Shown here piece after piece: positions 49,586 to 59,447 of a stretch of DNA of 64,000 nucleotides. Origin of the DNA: Candidatus Zhuqueibacterota bacterium (GTDB lineage Bacteria > Zhuqueibacterota > Zhuqueibacteria > Thermofontimicrobiales > Thermofontimicrobiaceae). Position 1 is the stretch's first letter. Every line of letters begins with the position of its first letter. The notes beneath the pieces were generated by a model that had not been told where the DNA came from, searched no databases, and was given only the letters and a program-made list of their open reading frames with translations. The translations under genes and the position numbers were made by a program. The stretch covers positions 552,567-616,566 of the forward strand of contig JBMOPW010000034.1 of assembly GCA_049322915.1 (NCBI GenBank), written 5' to 3'.

Positions 49586-50614
49586 TTAAAACCTCCCGCG
49601 CCATTCTTGTTTAACTTTTTTTCGCTCCGGGATGAACAGCTCGACGATCAGCAGCGCCAGAGCCACAATGAGCACATATTGAAACCGATCTTCATACTGC
49701 GAGAATTTGAGCGATGCCAGTTCCTTCTTTTCCATCCTGGAAATATCTTCGTAAATTTTAGTCAATTCGCTCTCACTGCCCGTGGCTCTAAAATACTTTC
49801 CACCGGTCTGCAGCGCAATTTTTTCCAGCGTCAGTTCGTCGAGCTTGCTGGTCACGATATGACCCTCCTGATCTTTCTTGTGGCCCAGGTTCATTCCGGA
49901 TTCATTGTACATCGGAATGGGATCACCTTCGATTGTGCCAATGCCCACGGTGTAAATGACGACGCCTTCTTTCTCGGCAATTTCTGCTGCTTTCAAAGGC
50001 TCGCCTTCATGGTCCTCGCCATCGGTAATCAGAATGAGCACTTTATATTTTCGCTCCCGGGACTCAAAAGTTTCAACCGCTTTCAAAATGGCCAGGCCGA
50101 TAGCCGTTCCCGGCGTTGGTATCAAATCGGTATCCATAATATCGAGAAACATGGTTGCCGCACCGTAATCCAGCGTGAGCGGACATTGCACAAACGCTGT
50201 GCCGGCAAAGGCGATAATTCCCACCCGATCGCCTTCCATCAGGTCAATGACCTTGTGGACGGCATGTTTCGCCTTTTCCAACCGATTGGGTTTGATATCC
50301 TCAGCCTTCATGGAAAGCGATACATCCATGGCAATGAGAATATCCACACCCTCGCGGTGCACCTGCTCCAGCTTTGTGCCGATCTGCGGCTTGGCCAGCG
50401 CCAGAATTAGAAACAGCAATGCACTCAGCAGCAGGATGATTTTTACAATACGTCTCTTCTGGCTGATGGAATAGGACAGGCGTTTCAGCAAATCCAGATT
50501 TCCGAAGCGCGCCATGGCGCGTTTCTTCCACCGAAACACAGACATATAAAACAGGATGAGCAGTGGGATCAGCCACAATAAATGCAACAAGGCAAAATTA
50601 TCGAACCGAAGCAT
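49586..50614 (-). CDS. batB: BatB (VWA)
   Basis: BatA-type N-terminal TM, DVSLS MIDAS, PLTLD, TDGED. Confidence 0.9.
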   Translation of the reverse strand: MLRFDNFALLHLLWLIPLLILFYMSVFRWKKRAMARFGNLDLLKRLSYSISQKRRIVKIILLLSALLFLILALAKPQIGTKLEQVHREGVDILIAMDVSLSMKAEDIKPNRLEKAKHAVHKVIDLMEGDRVGIIAFAGTAFVQCPLTLDYGAATMFLDIMDTDLIPTPGTAIGLAILKAVETFESRERKYKVLILITDGEDHEGEPLKAAEIAEKEGVVIYTVGIGTIEGDPIPMYNESGMNLGHKKDQEGHIVTSKLDELTLEKIALQTGGKYFRATGSESELTKIYEDISRMEKKELASLKFSQYEDRFQYVLIVALALLIVELFIPERKKVKQEWRGRF

Positions 50615-50746
50615 AGTAGATAAACCATTCCTTTATATTTTTCTAACAGTATCCGTTCAGCGCGTGAACTGCGGCAACGTTTTCTCCGCCCATTTTTCTT
50701 CGATTAATTCGTCAGAAAAACATGTCGCGGGATTCTTTCCCCGGCA

Positions 50747-51748
50747 TCAGGGTATCTTTCTGAATCGCGTATTGGCAAGCACAATCTCAATCAGAATAAT
50801 GGCGAACGCTGCTACGGCGAGGTTGACAAACAATTCGTGATAGCGGGTAAATTGCTTCACTTCAATTTTTGTCTTTTCGAGCTCGCCAATTTCACGATAT
50901 ATCTGTTGCAGGCTTTCCTTATCCGTGGCACGATAGTATTTCCCCCCAGTGATGCCAGCAATTTGCTGCAAAATATCTTCGTCGATATCGACTTTGCGGG
51001 GGATGTATCGCCGACCCAAAAACGGGTCATCGTACGGGAAAAGCGCTTCTCCCCGCTTGCCGGCGCCCACGGTGTAAATTCTCACCTTCATGGCTTTGGC
51101 AATCTGAGCGGCCGTGAGCGGATCCAACTCGCCGCGGTTATTTCGGCCGTCGGTCAGCAGAATGACCACCTTGCTCTTGGCCTTGCTGGAGCGCAGCCGA
51201 TTGACGCTGTTGGCGATTGCCAAACCAATAGCGGTCCCGTCTTCGATCATATTGACATGCAGCTTTTCAAGAAAGCTGAGCAGAATCCCATAGTCCAGCG
51301 TCAGAGGACACTGGGTGAAACTTTTCCCGGCGAAAACGACCATGCCGATGCGATCGTTGGTTCGTTCCTTGATGAAATTCGCTGCCACCTCTTTGGTCAC
51401 GTCAATTCGGTTTTTATGCTGGGCCAGATCTTCCGCCAACATACTGGTCGAAGTATCCATGGCGAGAATGATATCGATCCCCTCGGTGATAATTTTCTCC
51501 TCTTTTGTGCCGGACTGAGGTCGCGCAAACGCAACAATGAGCAGCGTAATGGCGATCAGACGAAGGGCGAACAAGACATGCCGGTATTTTTTCGAGGGCG
51601 ATTTATTGACATTTTTGATGATGCCCAGGTTGGAAAACCGCACGGTTCCGCTGGCCTTCCTGTTGCGCCGAATGTACCAGAGAATCAGGAAGGGAATGAC
51701 GAGCAGCAACACGAAAAATTCAGGATTCACGAATCGAATCATGCTCAC
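50747..51748 (-). CDS. batA: BatA (VWA)
   Basis: ARPQ, DTSTS, DGTAIG, LLTDGRNN. Confidence 0.92.
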   Translation of the reverse strand: MSMIRFVNPEFFVLLLVIPFLILWYIRRNRKASGTVRFSNLGIIKNVNKSPSKKYRHVLFALRLIAITLLIVAFARPQSGTKEEKIITEGIDIILAMDTSTSMLAEDLAQHKNRIDVTKEVAANFIKERTNDRIGMVVFAGKSFTQCPLTLDYGILLSFLEKLHVNMIEDGTAIGLAIANSVNRLRSSKAKSKVVILLTDGRNNRGELDPLTAAQIAKAMKVRIYTVGAGKRGEALFPYDDPFLGRRYIPRKVDIDEDILQQIAGITGGKYYRATDKESLQQIYREIGELEKTKIEVKQFTRYHELFVNLAVAAFAIILIEIVLANTRFRKIP

Positions 51749-52800
51749 GCCACCTCCTTTCCGGCCGGGGTACTTTCCTGCCCGGCGTCTACCGGCGCTG
51801 TCGGTTCCGCGGGAACTGCGCCAGGCGCCTCCTGCTTAATCTCCTCACTGACGAGGGCTATCTTCGTCTTTTCCACAATGTCAAACGCCTGCTGAATGAC
51901 CATTTCCGTTTCCTGTTCCTCCGGAAAGTATTTGGCAAATTTCACCAGATCGCACTGCACCAGAAAATTTTCCAGGAGCAGAGTTGTTTCGTGGTCGATA
52001 TCAGCCTGGTTCATGGCATCGATCAACTGCGGTGTCGTCATTTCAATGGCGAAGATATAGTAGCGGTCGCCGATGTATCGGCGGATGATTTCGGAAATGG
52101 AAATGTAAAATTGCTTCACCTCGCCCCGCGCCAGCAGATCGCTGCCAACCAGCGCATTCAACTCCTCCAGCGCAATCTCATGCGGCGGTCGTTTGGGCTT
52201 TTCCTTTCTGGGAATGATCGATTTCCCCTCCTTCCAGCGACGATAATAGATGTAGGCAAGAATGAAGATGAGAAGAATCAATAACCCTGCCAGCGCAATA
52301 CGAATGATCTGCCACCAGTCGCGCGGAATTTCCAGAGGATTTTTGATGTCGCGAATATCGCCGGCTTCGCTCGGCTTCACGCTCTCCACAGTGATCGTAA
52401 TTTTCTCTGTCGATAATTCGTGCAACGCCGTATCGGTTCCGACTGAGTAAAAAATTCGCACCGGCGGAATTTCGTACTCTCCAATATCATAGGTCGAAAT
52501 GGTATATTCGCGTTTCTGAAGCACCTGGCCGTTGATTTTCTGCTCGGCAGGATCCACGTAGTCCCGAATTTCAAACGCGCCGAGGCTCGCGCCCAGTTCA
52601 GGCATCTGCACGTTCACATTTTTATCGCGCGAAATGATGATGGAAAACCGAACCAGGTCGCCGATCTTGATTTTATTTTTATCGACCTTCGCTTCCAGTG
52701 AAATGCTGCCATCCTCAGGCAATGCCGTTCCGACCAAAATCCACATCATGGCGATTGCACAGACCAAGGGATAAAATAGTGTCCTTCGTTTAAATCGCAT
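51745..52800 (-). CDS. Bat-operon membrane protein (BatD-like N-domain, TM, helical C-domain); start uncertain
   Basis: VDKNKIKIGD, DIRDIK, PHEIAL, EMTT, DLVKFAK. Confidence 0.8.
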   Translation of the reverse strand: MRFKRRTLFYPLVCAIAMMWILVGTALPEDGSISLEAKVDKNKIKIGDLVRFSIIISRDKNVNVQMPELGASLGAFEIRDYVDPAEQKINGQVLQKREYTISTYDIGEYEIPPVRIFYSVGTDTALHELSTEKITITVESVKPSEAGDIRDIKNPLEIPRDWWQIIRIALAGLLILLIFILAYIYYRRWKEGKSIIPRKEKPKRPPHEIALEELNALVGSDLLARGEVKQFYISISEIIRRYIGDRYYIFAIEMTTPQLIDAMNQADIDHETTLLLENFLVQCDLVKFAKYFPEEQETEMVIQQAFDIVEKTKIALVSEEIKQEAPGAVPAEPTAPVDAGQESTPAGKEVA

Positions 52801-52954
52801 TCGTAAAAACCCCGAAAAAATATTCAGTTGTGTCTCAATCATTCTGTCCGATTCGGCGCTCTGCCAAGCCGAGGTGAATGCGGTTTCCGGCGCGACCTGA
52901 AAGTCGCACGAATTCCGCATTCCCAACTGCCGGACGCCACGCAGGCGAGCGCAG

Positions 52955-53890
52955 TTATTTCAGGACGTCGTTATAAATCTGCACGGATTCGGCGCGCATC
53001 AACCGATCCACCGTCCGCTGATAGACCTCCTGCTGTTTGTCCATCACCAGATCCTGAGCCACCTGGCGCTCGACTTCCTGCAGTGATTTCTCGCGGACGA
53101 CATTGCCGGCGTCATCCTTTTCAACATACTTGTCTTTATGGGCCTGATAATACAATTCAACATCCGACGGCTCGATTTGCACTTCGCCCGTTATTTTATC
53201 CTGCAAATACTTTTGCACCATAATGCTCTTTTTGGATTGAAACGCCGCCTCAACCACTTCCGGGTCTTTATCGAGTTCCATATTTTTCGCTGACTGGTAC
53301 AGCAGTTCCGTCAGAATGTACTGGTTGAGGAACTCCACTTTTTTCTCTTTGCTGGTGTAATGCTGGCGCACCGAGGGCGGGAGCTGATTCAATTCAAAAT
53401 CAATATCGCCCTGGGTGATTTCACGCTCGCCAATGCGGGCGACGACAGCCCCGGGACGTTGCTTCTGAATGCCTTCCGGCTCCAGACTGGTTGACTCCCG
53501 CAATGTCTGGCTGGCATCTTCAGGTCGCTCCAGCCGTTCCAGGCAGGCGACTATTTTTTTATCGATCTGTGTCTGCAACTCTTCTTTGGGATTGAGGTAT
53601 TTCACCCGCACATAATAGGCCAGCGCATTTTCATAATCCTTCAGACGCTCGAAATAAATATCGGCAATCGTGTAGCTGATATTGGCCTGCTCGGCTTCAT
53701 CGAGTGTGTAGCTTTTCAAATAATTGATGTACTCCTGAGCCGACTGTTTGAATAGCTGCCGATTGTACAATTCATTCGCATAGTTGCGGGCTTTTTCTTT
53801 GTCAAAACCGGGCTGATTGGATACTTCATTGCACCCCGCTAAAAGCGCCAGCAACAACAGCCCTAAAATACTAAGTCCAAATCGTCTCAT
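52955..53890 (-). CDS. Lipoprotein with TPR and SurA/PpiC-chaperone-like domain
   Basis: Lipobox LAGC; TPR; VVARIGEREIT, ELLYQSA...LDKDPEV, VELYY. Confidence 0.72.
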   Translation of the reverse strand: MRRFGLSILGLLLLALLAGCNEVSNQPGFDKEKARNYANELYNRQLFKQSAQEYINYLKSYTLDEAEQANISYTIADIYFERLKDYENALAYYVRVKYLNPKEELQTQIDKKIVACLERLERPEDASQTLRESTSLEPEGIQKQRPGAVVARIGEREITQGDIDFELNQLPPSVRQHYTSKEKKVEFLNQYILTELLYQSAKNMELDKDPEVVEAAFQSKKSIMVQKYLQDKITGEVQIEPSDVELYYQAHKDKYVEKDDAGNVVREKSLQEVERQVAQDLVMDKQQEVYQRTVDRLMRAESVQIYNDVLK

Positions 53891-54106
53891 AACCATGACC
53901 TCCTTCATCAATTCATCGAATGTTCTTGCTATCCAGCCGCAGTCCGCCTCTCGAATGGGGACTCCGCGCCTGTGATTCCTGTTTGATACGTCCTGTTACC
54001 CTGCGCCGGCGATAACCGATCCGGCCATTACCTTGACCGACACTTTTCATCGGGAGTGGTTCAATTGAAATTGCCTGAAGCGCGATGCTTTTCCAGCACA
54101 CTGCGC

Positions 54107-54985
54107 TCAACGAAATCGCTTGGCCCGCATTCGAAAGAAGCGAATGAGCGGCTCGATATAAGGCTGATCCGTACGAATGTCGATATGATCCACGTTGATC
54201 GATTTGAACAGCTTCAATCGGGTTTGTATTTCGTCGCTGGATTGTTTGCGATAGAGATTTCGCACCTCGGCGTAGGATGTGTCCACCAGTACGGTCTCGC
54301 CGGTCTCGGCGTCTTCCAGTTCAATGAAGCCCACATCCGGCAGGTCCACCTCGCGAGGATCCGTCACCGTTATCGCAACGATGTCGTGCCGGCGATTGGC
54401 GATTTGCAGCGCTTTTTCATAGCCGCTATTCATGAAATCCGAGACCAGAAATACGACGCTGCGCCGCCTGGACACGCGATTCAGATATTCCAGCGCGCCG
54501 CCGATGTTGGTCTTCGTCCCCTTCGGCTCGTGATACAGCAACTCCCGCAGAACCCGCAGCACATGGGCTTTGCCTTTTTTGGGCGGAATGAATTTTTCAA
54601 TTTCATCAGTGAAAATGATCAATCCGACTTTATCGTTATTCTTAATGGCCGAAAACGCCAGCAGTGCGCAGATCTCGATAGCGATTTCACCCTTCATTCG
54701 CTCGAACGTCCCGAAATTACCGGACGAACTCACATCGACGATGAGCATAACGGTCAATTCGCGCTCTTCTTCGAACACCTTGATAAAGGGATGTCCCATT
54801 CGCGCCGTCACATTCCAGTCAATCGAGCGAATATCATCGCCAACCTGATATTCCCGGACTTCGGTGAATTCCATCCCGCGTCCTTTGAACACAGAATGAT
54901 ATTCGCCTGAGAAAACATCGTTGACGATGCCGCGCGTGGTAATTTCAAGTCGCTTGACTTTCTTTAATATTTCCTTTGGTATCAT
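54107..54985 (-). CDS. DUF58 family protein
   Basis: GMEFTEVREYQVGDD, IDWNVTAR, DVSSS, VSDF. Confidence 0.93.
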   Translation of the reverse strand: MIPKEILKKVKRLEITTRGIVNDVFSGEYHSVFKGRGMEFTEVREYQVGDDIRSIDWNVTARMGHPFIKVFEEERELTVMLIVDVSSSGNFGTFERMKGEIAIEICALLAFSAIKNNDKVGLIIFTDEIEKFIPPKKGKAHVLRVLRELLYHEPKGTKTNIGGALEYLNRVSRRRSVVFLVSDFMNSGYEKALQIANRRHDIVAITVTDPREVDLPDVGFIELEDAETGETVLVDTSYAEVRNLYRKQSSDEIQTRLKLFKSINVDHIDIRTDQPYIEPLIRFFRMRAKRFR

Positions 54986-55063
54986 GTCCTGTTCGTTTCA
55001 TTACTCATGAGAAAATTAACCCGGTTCAGTTCATACCCGAATCCATTGGATCGGACGCAGGAA

Positions 55064-56053
55064 TCAGGGCACCTCGATCCTGTTCAATATTTTCCTGACA
55101 ATGTCCTCGGCAGTCACTTCTTCGGCCTCTGCCTCATACGTGATGATCAACCGATGACGCAGGACATCCATGCCGATGGAGCGGACATCTTCCGGCGTCA
55201 CGTAGCCGCGATGGCGGAGGAATGCATGGGCTTTGGCTGCCATGGACAGATAAATGGACGCGCGCGGCGAGGCGCCGTACTGGATCAGATCCGATAGTTC
55301 ATCCAGCCCGTAATCTTTGGGATTGCGCGTGGCGAACACAATGTCGATGATGTACTGCTCAATTTTTTCATCCATGTAAATTTCCTGGACAACTTCCCGG
55401 GCCCTGATGATTTCCTGGGGTTTCACCACTGCCTTCGGTTCCGGTATCTCTTTCCGCGTCATCCGTCGCATGATCTCCAATTCTTCTTCTTTCGTTGGAT
55501 AGCCAATGGATAATTTGAGCATGAACCGGTCGATTTGCGCTTCGGGCAACGGATAGGTTCCTTCCTGTTCAATGGGGTTCTGTGTTGCCAGCACCAGGAA
55601 CGGGTCATCCAGCCGGTAGGTCGTTTCTCCGATGGTGACCTGTCGTTCCTGCATGGCTTCCAGCAGGGCTGACTGCACTTTTGCCGGGGAACGGTTGATT
55701 TCATCGGCAAGGATCAGATTGGAGAAAATCGGCCCTTTCTTTGTCGTGAATTTGCGCTCGGACTGATCGTAAATTAATGTTCCGATCAAGTCGGCCGGGA
55801 GCAAATCCGGCGTGAATTGAATGCGCTGGAATTTTGTCTGAATTGTTCCGGATAAAGTCTTCACCGCCAATGTCTTCGCCAGGCCCGGAACGCCTTCCAG
55901 ATGGACATGGCCATTGCACAGCAGTCCGATGAGCAATCGCTCGATCATGTACTTTTGGCCCACAATGACCTTGCCAACCTCCCCGGTGATTTTATCAACA
56001 AATTGGCTCTCGACTTTTATTTTTTCATTGAGCGCCTGAATGTCAACGTTCAT
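55064..56053 (-). CDS. moxR: MoxR-family AAA+ ATPase
   Basis: GVPGLAKT, RIQFTPDLLPAD, DEINR, ATQNPIEQEGTYPLPEAQ. Confidence 0.96.
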   Translation of the reverse strand: MNVDIQALNEKIKVESQFVDKITGEVGKVIVGQKYMIERLLIGLLCNGHVHLEGVPGLAKTLAVKTLSGTIQTKFQRIQFTPDLLPADLIGTLIYDQSERKFTTKKGPIFSNLILADEINRSPAKVQSALLEAMQERQVTIGETTYRLDDPFLVLATQNPIEQEGTYPLPEAQIDRFMLKLSIGYPTKEEELEIMRRMTRKEIPEPKAVVKPQEIIRAREVVQEIYMDEKIEQYIIDIVFATRNPKDYGLDELSDLIQYGASPRASIYLSMAAKAHAFLRHRGYVTPEDVRSIGMDVLRHRLIITYEAEAEEVTAEDIVRKILNRIEVP

Positions 56054-56198
56054 TCTACCTCCTCATTATTCTCTGTATCGAAAGTTGAACTTCTTAATTG
56101 GTCTTTTATCTGAATTACGACGATTCTATCGCATTGCTGGAATGACATTTAAAACAAAACAATCAAGGCGACGGTTGACGGCAGAATCAGTCATTGCC

Positions 56199-57158
56199 TC
56201 ATCGCGATGTGCTGTCATTCATCTTTGCTAATTTGAACTCAGCCAGGTTTTTCTCGAGAATCGTTTCGATGAGCGTGTAAATTCGATCCAAATCCCCGCG
56301 CTCGCCAATTGTCCCGGCAAATTTAGCAAGGTCGCTGATATTCAGGATTTCCTCGATGTTTGTGAGCATGGCCGGATCGATCTGCCGGCCCTGCAGATTG
56401 CGGATGATGTTGTCCGTTGTCGATTCCATTGCAGCCACATCGTATTTCTGAGACAGGTATTTGCGCAGAATTTTCGAAAGGGCGGCAAAGGCCTCATTGG
56501 GACGAATATTCGGCGATTTCAAATCCAGCGACTGGCGCAGCATGGTCAAAAATTCTTCTTCCAGCGACACGACCTTCACCTGCTGCTGGCTGGCATGTTT
56601 TTTTCGCATCTCCCGCATCCACCATAATGCGCCGAGAATAGCCGCCACGGTCAGCAGGCCAATCCCAATCAACCACATCGTACCCGGGGATGATTCTCCC
56701 GGCTCCGGCACAGACTCAATCACTTTCACGTTCAGCCGGTTTGTCATCATATGATAGGGTTCATCCGTCGCCAAATCGATGTATTTCACCACCACGCCTT
56801 CGATATACCCCATGCCCAGGGACGTGGGTTTCAAAGTGAATTCATACAGCTTGGCGGCCTTTGTAACGCCGTTTTCACTGCTCCTTTTATCGGATACCGA
56901 TGTCCCGTAAATTTCAAAATTCTCCACAACTGGCGTTTCCACCTCACCGATCTGAAAGCGATTGAAATCGCCAGACCACTCGACCTTCACTGTAAAAGTG
57001 AGGTTTCGATTCATGGGAATTTCTTTGGCTGACACCTGCGCGCTGATGGTTATCTGCGACTGGGAATTGACGCCACTGGTAACCTGTGCGTTTACGCCGG
57101 AGTAACTGGACATGAGCAAGAAAAAACCGATGAATAAAAATACTCTCCGTTGAAACAT
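56199..57158 (-). CDS. Second BatD-like single-TM protein
   Basis: Signal peptide, Ig-like domain, TM, ESTT, DLAKFA; same architecture as 51745-52800. Confidence 0.75.
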   Translation of the reverse strand: MFQRRVFLFIGFFLLMSSYSGVNAQVTSGVNSQSQITISAQVSAKEIPMNRNLTFTVKVEWSGDFNRFQIGEVETPVVENFEIYGTSVSDKRSSENGVTKAAKLYEFTLKPTSLGMGYIEGVVVKYIDLATDEPYHMMTNRLNVKVIESVPEPGESSPGTMWLIGIGLLTVAAILGALWWMREMRKKHASQQQVKVVSLEEEFLTMLRQSLDLKSPNIRPNEAFAALSKILRKYLSQKYDVAAMESTTDNIIRNLQGRQIDPAMLTNIEEILNISDLAKFAGTIGERGDLDRIYTLIETILEKNLAEFKLAKMNDSTSR

Positions 57159-57581
57159 GCTCTCCTCTGATTTTACACATAGTTTATAGACGGCACGCCA
57201 CTTCATTTTGTTTTGAAAGGCATAAAAAAAACCGATAATTTAATGGAAATTTTCCAGGATTAAACAATCGGTTTGTGCTCAATGAATCGCTTTGTATCTT
57301 CAGACAGTTCAGCTTTACGATTCGCCCGCTGCACTGCGCTATCCATTTTGAATTTTTTTCCCGCAAATAACAGAGAACTCACGTTCGACTGATGATCGCT
57401 CTCCGAACGCGATCTCGCCCTGTTTTCGTTGATAATAATGATATAAAAACTGAATGTTAATCAATGTCAATGCGTCCCGATGACACCTGAAATATTTATT
57501 TCATGAATGGTTATGAGTCCCACCTGCAATGGAATGGATAGCTTTTCTCACGTAGAACCGATTGTGTGCTGTAATAAGGTA

Positions 57582-58106
57582 TCAATGCTTTTGCGAATCA
57601 GACGCAGTCTGATCTTTGGTATCGGATTTCAAAAAATCGATGTCATTGATATCCTTCCCCAGGTTGTCCAATTCCCACTGAACAGAACTGCAAAGCTCAT
57701 TGTTCGGATAGCTCGCGAGGAATTTTGAGTAGTATTCTTTGGCTTTATCCAGGTCTTTGATGTCATTGGCGAAATGATAGCCAATCATGAACAGGGACTG
57801 GGCGCCCATCTTGCTTTCGGGATATTGACTGATAAGACGCTGATGCGTTTCAATGGATTTCTCGAACTGAGCCAGATTGTTCGAATAAATCTGGCCGATG
57901 CTGAACAGAACAGAATCAGCCGAACTGGCTCGAGGATATTCTTTTACAAACTGCTCATAGACCTCGATTGCTTCTTTGTATTGTTCATTCCGTTCAAATC
58001 TTTTTGCTTCGGCATACAATTGTTCTTTGGTCTTCTTTGTTCCGCACCCGACAATAAGAATCTGGATTAAAAAAGTGACTATCAGTAAAGAAGCAACACG
58101 ATTCAT
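57582..58106 (-). CDS. TPR lipoprotein (BamD/CpoB-like)
   Basis: Lipobox IVGC; repeated YP-terminated TPRs. Confidence 0.8.
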   Translation of the reverse strand: MNRVASLLIVTFLIQILIVGCGTKKTKEQLYAEAKRFERNEQYKEAIEVYEQFVKEYPRASSADSVLFSIGQIYSNNLAQFEKSIETHQRLISQYPESKMGAQSLFMIGYHFANDIKDLDKAKEYYSKFLASYPNNELCSSVQWELDNLGKDINDIDFLKSDTKDQTASDSQKH

Positions 58107-58315
58107 ACTACCTGCCTCCATTAACAATGTGTTGTGAAAATTTAATTGTGTAATTAGAGTAATTTGTATCGGTGATTTTATCTATCAGGGTGATTTTTAC
58201 ATTGAGGGGAAATAGCCTTAATTATAAGTTTTCAAAGATAATACATTATCACCTTTATTTGTATTACACAATTTCAACTTACACGCTATTAAAAAGTTCC
58301 GATTATTTTCTAAAT

Positions 58316-58350
58316 AAAAAAACCCGGCCCGGTGAACCGGGTCAGGTTTT
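58316..58350 (-). terminator. Intrinsic terminator
   Basis: AAAACCTGACCCGG-TTCA-CCGGGCCGGGTTTTTTTT. Confidence 0.7.
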
Positions 58351-58437
58351 GTCGGCAGGTATTCTCTGTTCGATGGATCGGGTCTTCCTCATTGCGATGA
58401 GCCGCTTTACGCGACGCTATCAGTGGGCATGATGCAT

Positions 58438-59034
58438 TTATTTCTCCATCCGGGAGAGATCAAAATCCAGCAGAATGCTATCGTCCGTGATGACGGGCTC
58501 GTCGTCTTCGTCCGGAAACCATTGGCTCCGCTTCTGCTTGATTCGATGTTGCAGCCTGCAGAAGCTGACCAGAGTCAGAATCCCTGAGATCAAAAACAGA
58601 CCGATGATTGCCAACAGCATTGAGCTTTTCACGACATCAACTTTTGCTATCTGAATTGGCTTCTCAACATCGTGTTTGCCGGAGCCCTGCTCCGGTGCGG
58701 ATTTTGCCGCCACGCTTTTCGACGCCTCCCCGATGTCCAGCACTGTCTGTTTCTGATATAACCGATGAATGGCATCGAGACTGGGAACGATGATATTGGT
58801 CTCACCCGAACTGAACTTTGTCACGTCGTAGTGATTGTTCACCAGATTGAGCGATGCGCCATATTTCTCTGTGCCATAATATCGAAGCGATAACTTGTCG
58901 AATAACTCCTGTCGTTTCAATGCCTGTGGTTTGTGGTCAGTCAGCAAGGATTCCCGTAACGTCGTGATTGCATCAGTTTTCAGAATCGACACCAGGGCCA
59001 GGACTAAGAATAAAAGTAATAAACTTCGTTTCAT
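58438..59034 (-). CDS. Hypothetical membrane protein
   Basis: Signal-like N-terminus, C-terminal TM, RBS GGAGG. Confidence 0.65.
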   Translation of the reverse strand: MKRSLLLLFLVLALVSILKTDAITTLRESLLTDHKPQALKRQELFDKLSLRYYGTEKYGASLNLVNNHYDVTKFSSGETNIIVPSLDAIHRLYQKQTVLDIGEASKSVAAKSAPEQGSGKHDVEKPIQIAKVDVVKSSMLLAIIGLFLISGILTLVSFCRLQHRIKQKRSQWFPDEDDEPVITDDSILLDFDLSRMEK

Positions 59035-59324
59035 GACTATTCACCTCCGCTAAGTTTCAATGCGTTTTAGCCAGTGTTCAAGCAAACACAATGCCAAAAC
59101 TAATGCAAATTTTCGCCCGAGGCTAACATAGCATGTTCTTTGAGAGTTAGCTCCTGTGTAAAATGCGACTGACTCCGATGACGCCCAACCCGATTGCACC
59201 ATTTATGTAATTCTTACACAGCGACCTTTATCGGTTTCATGGCAACCCATTGATTATCTGGCATCTATCAAAATACCATCTCGTATAGAATTTACCGGAT
59301 TTATGCACGAGAAAAATAATCAGT

Positions 59325-59353
59325 TGATTTATTGATTTCAAATTCTTATAATA
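59325..59353 (+). promoter_or_regulatory. Promoter of the GH116 gene
   Basis: TTGATT-N17-TATAAT. Confidence 0.6.
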
Positions 59354-59447
59354 CAGCATCAAACCAGTTCACATCTTCGTCGTGCACCCTGTGGACACAT
59401 GGAAACCCATTTCAATTGTGTCAATTAAAGTAACTCAGGAGGTTGCG

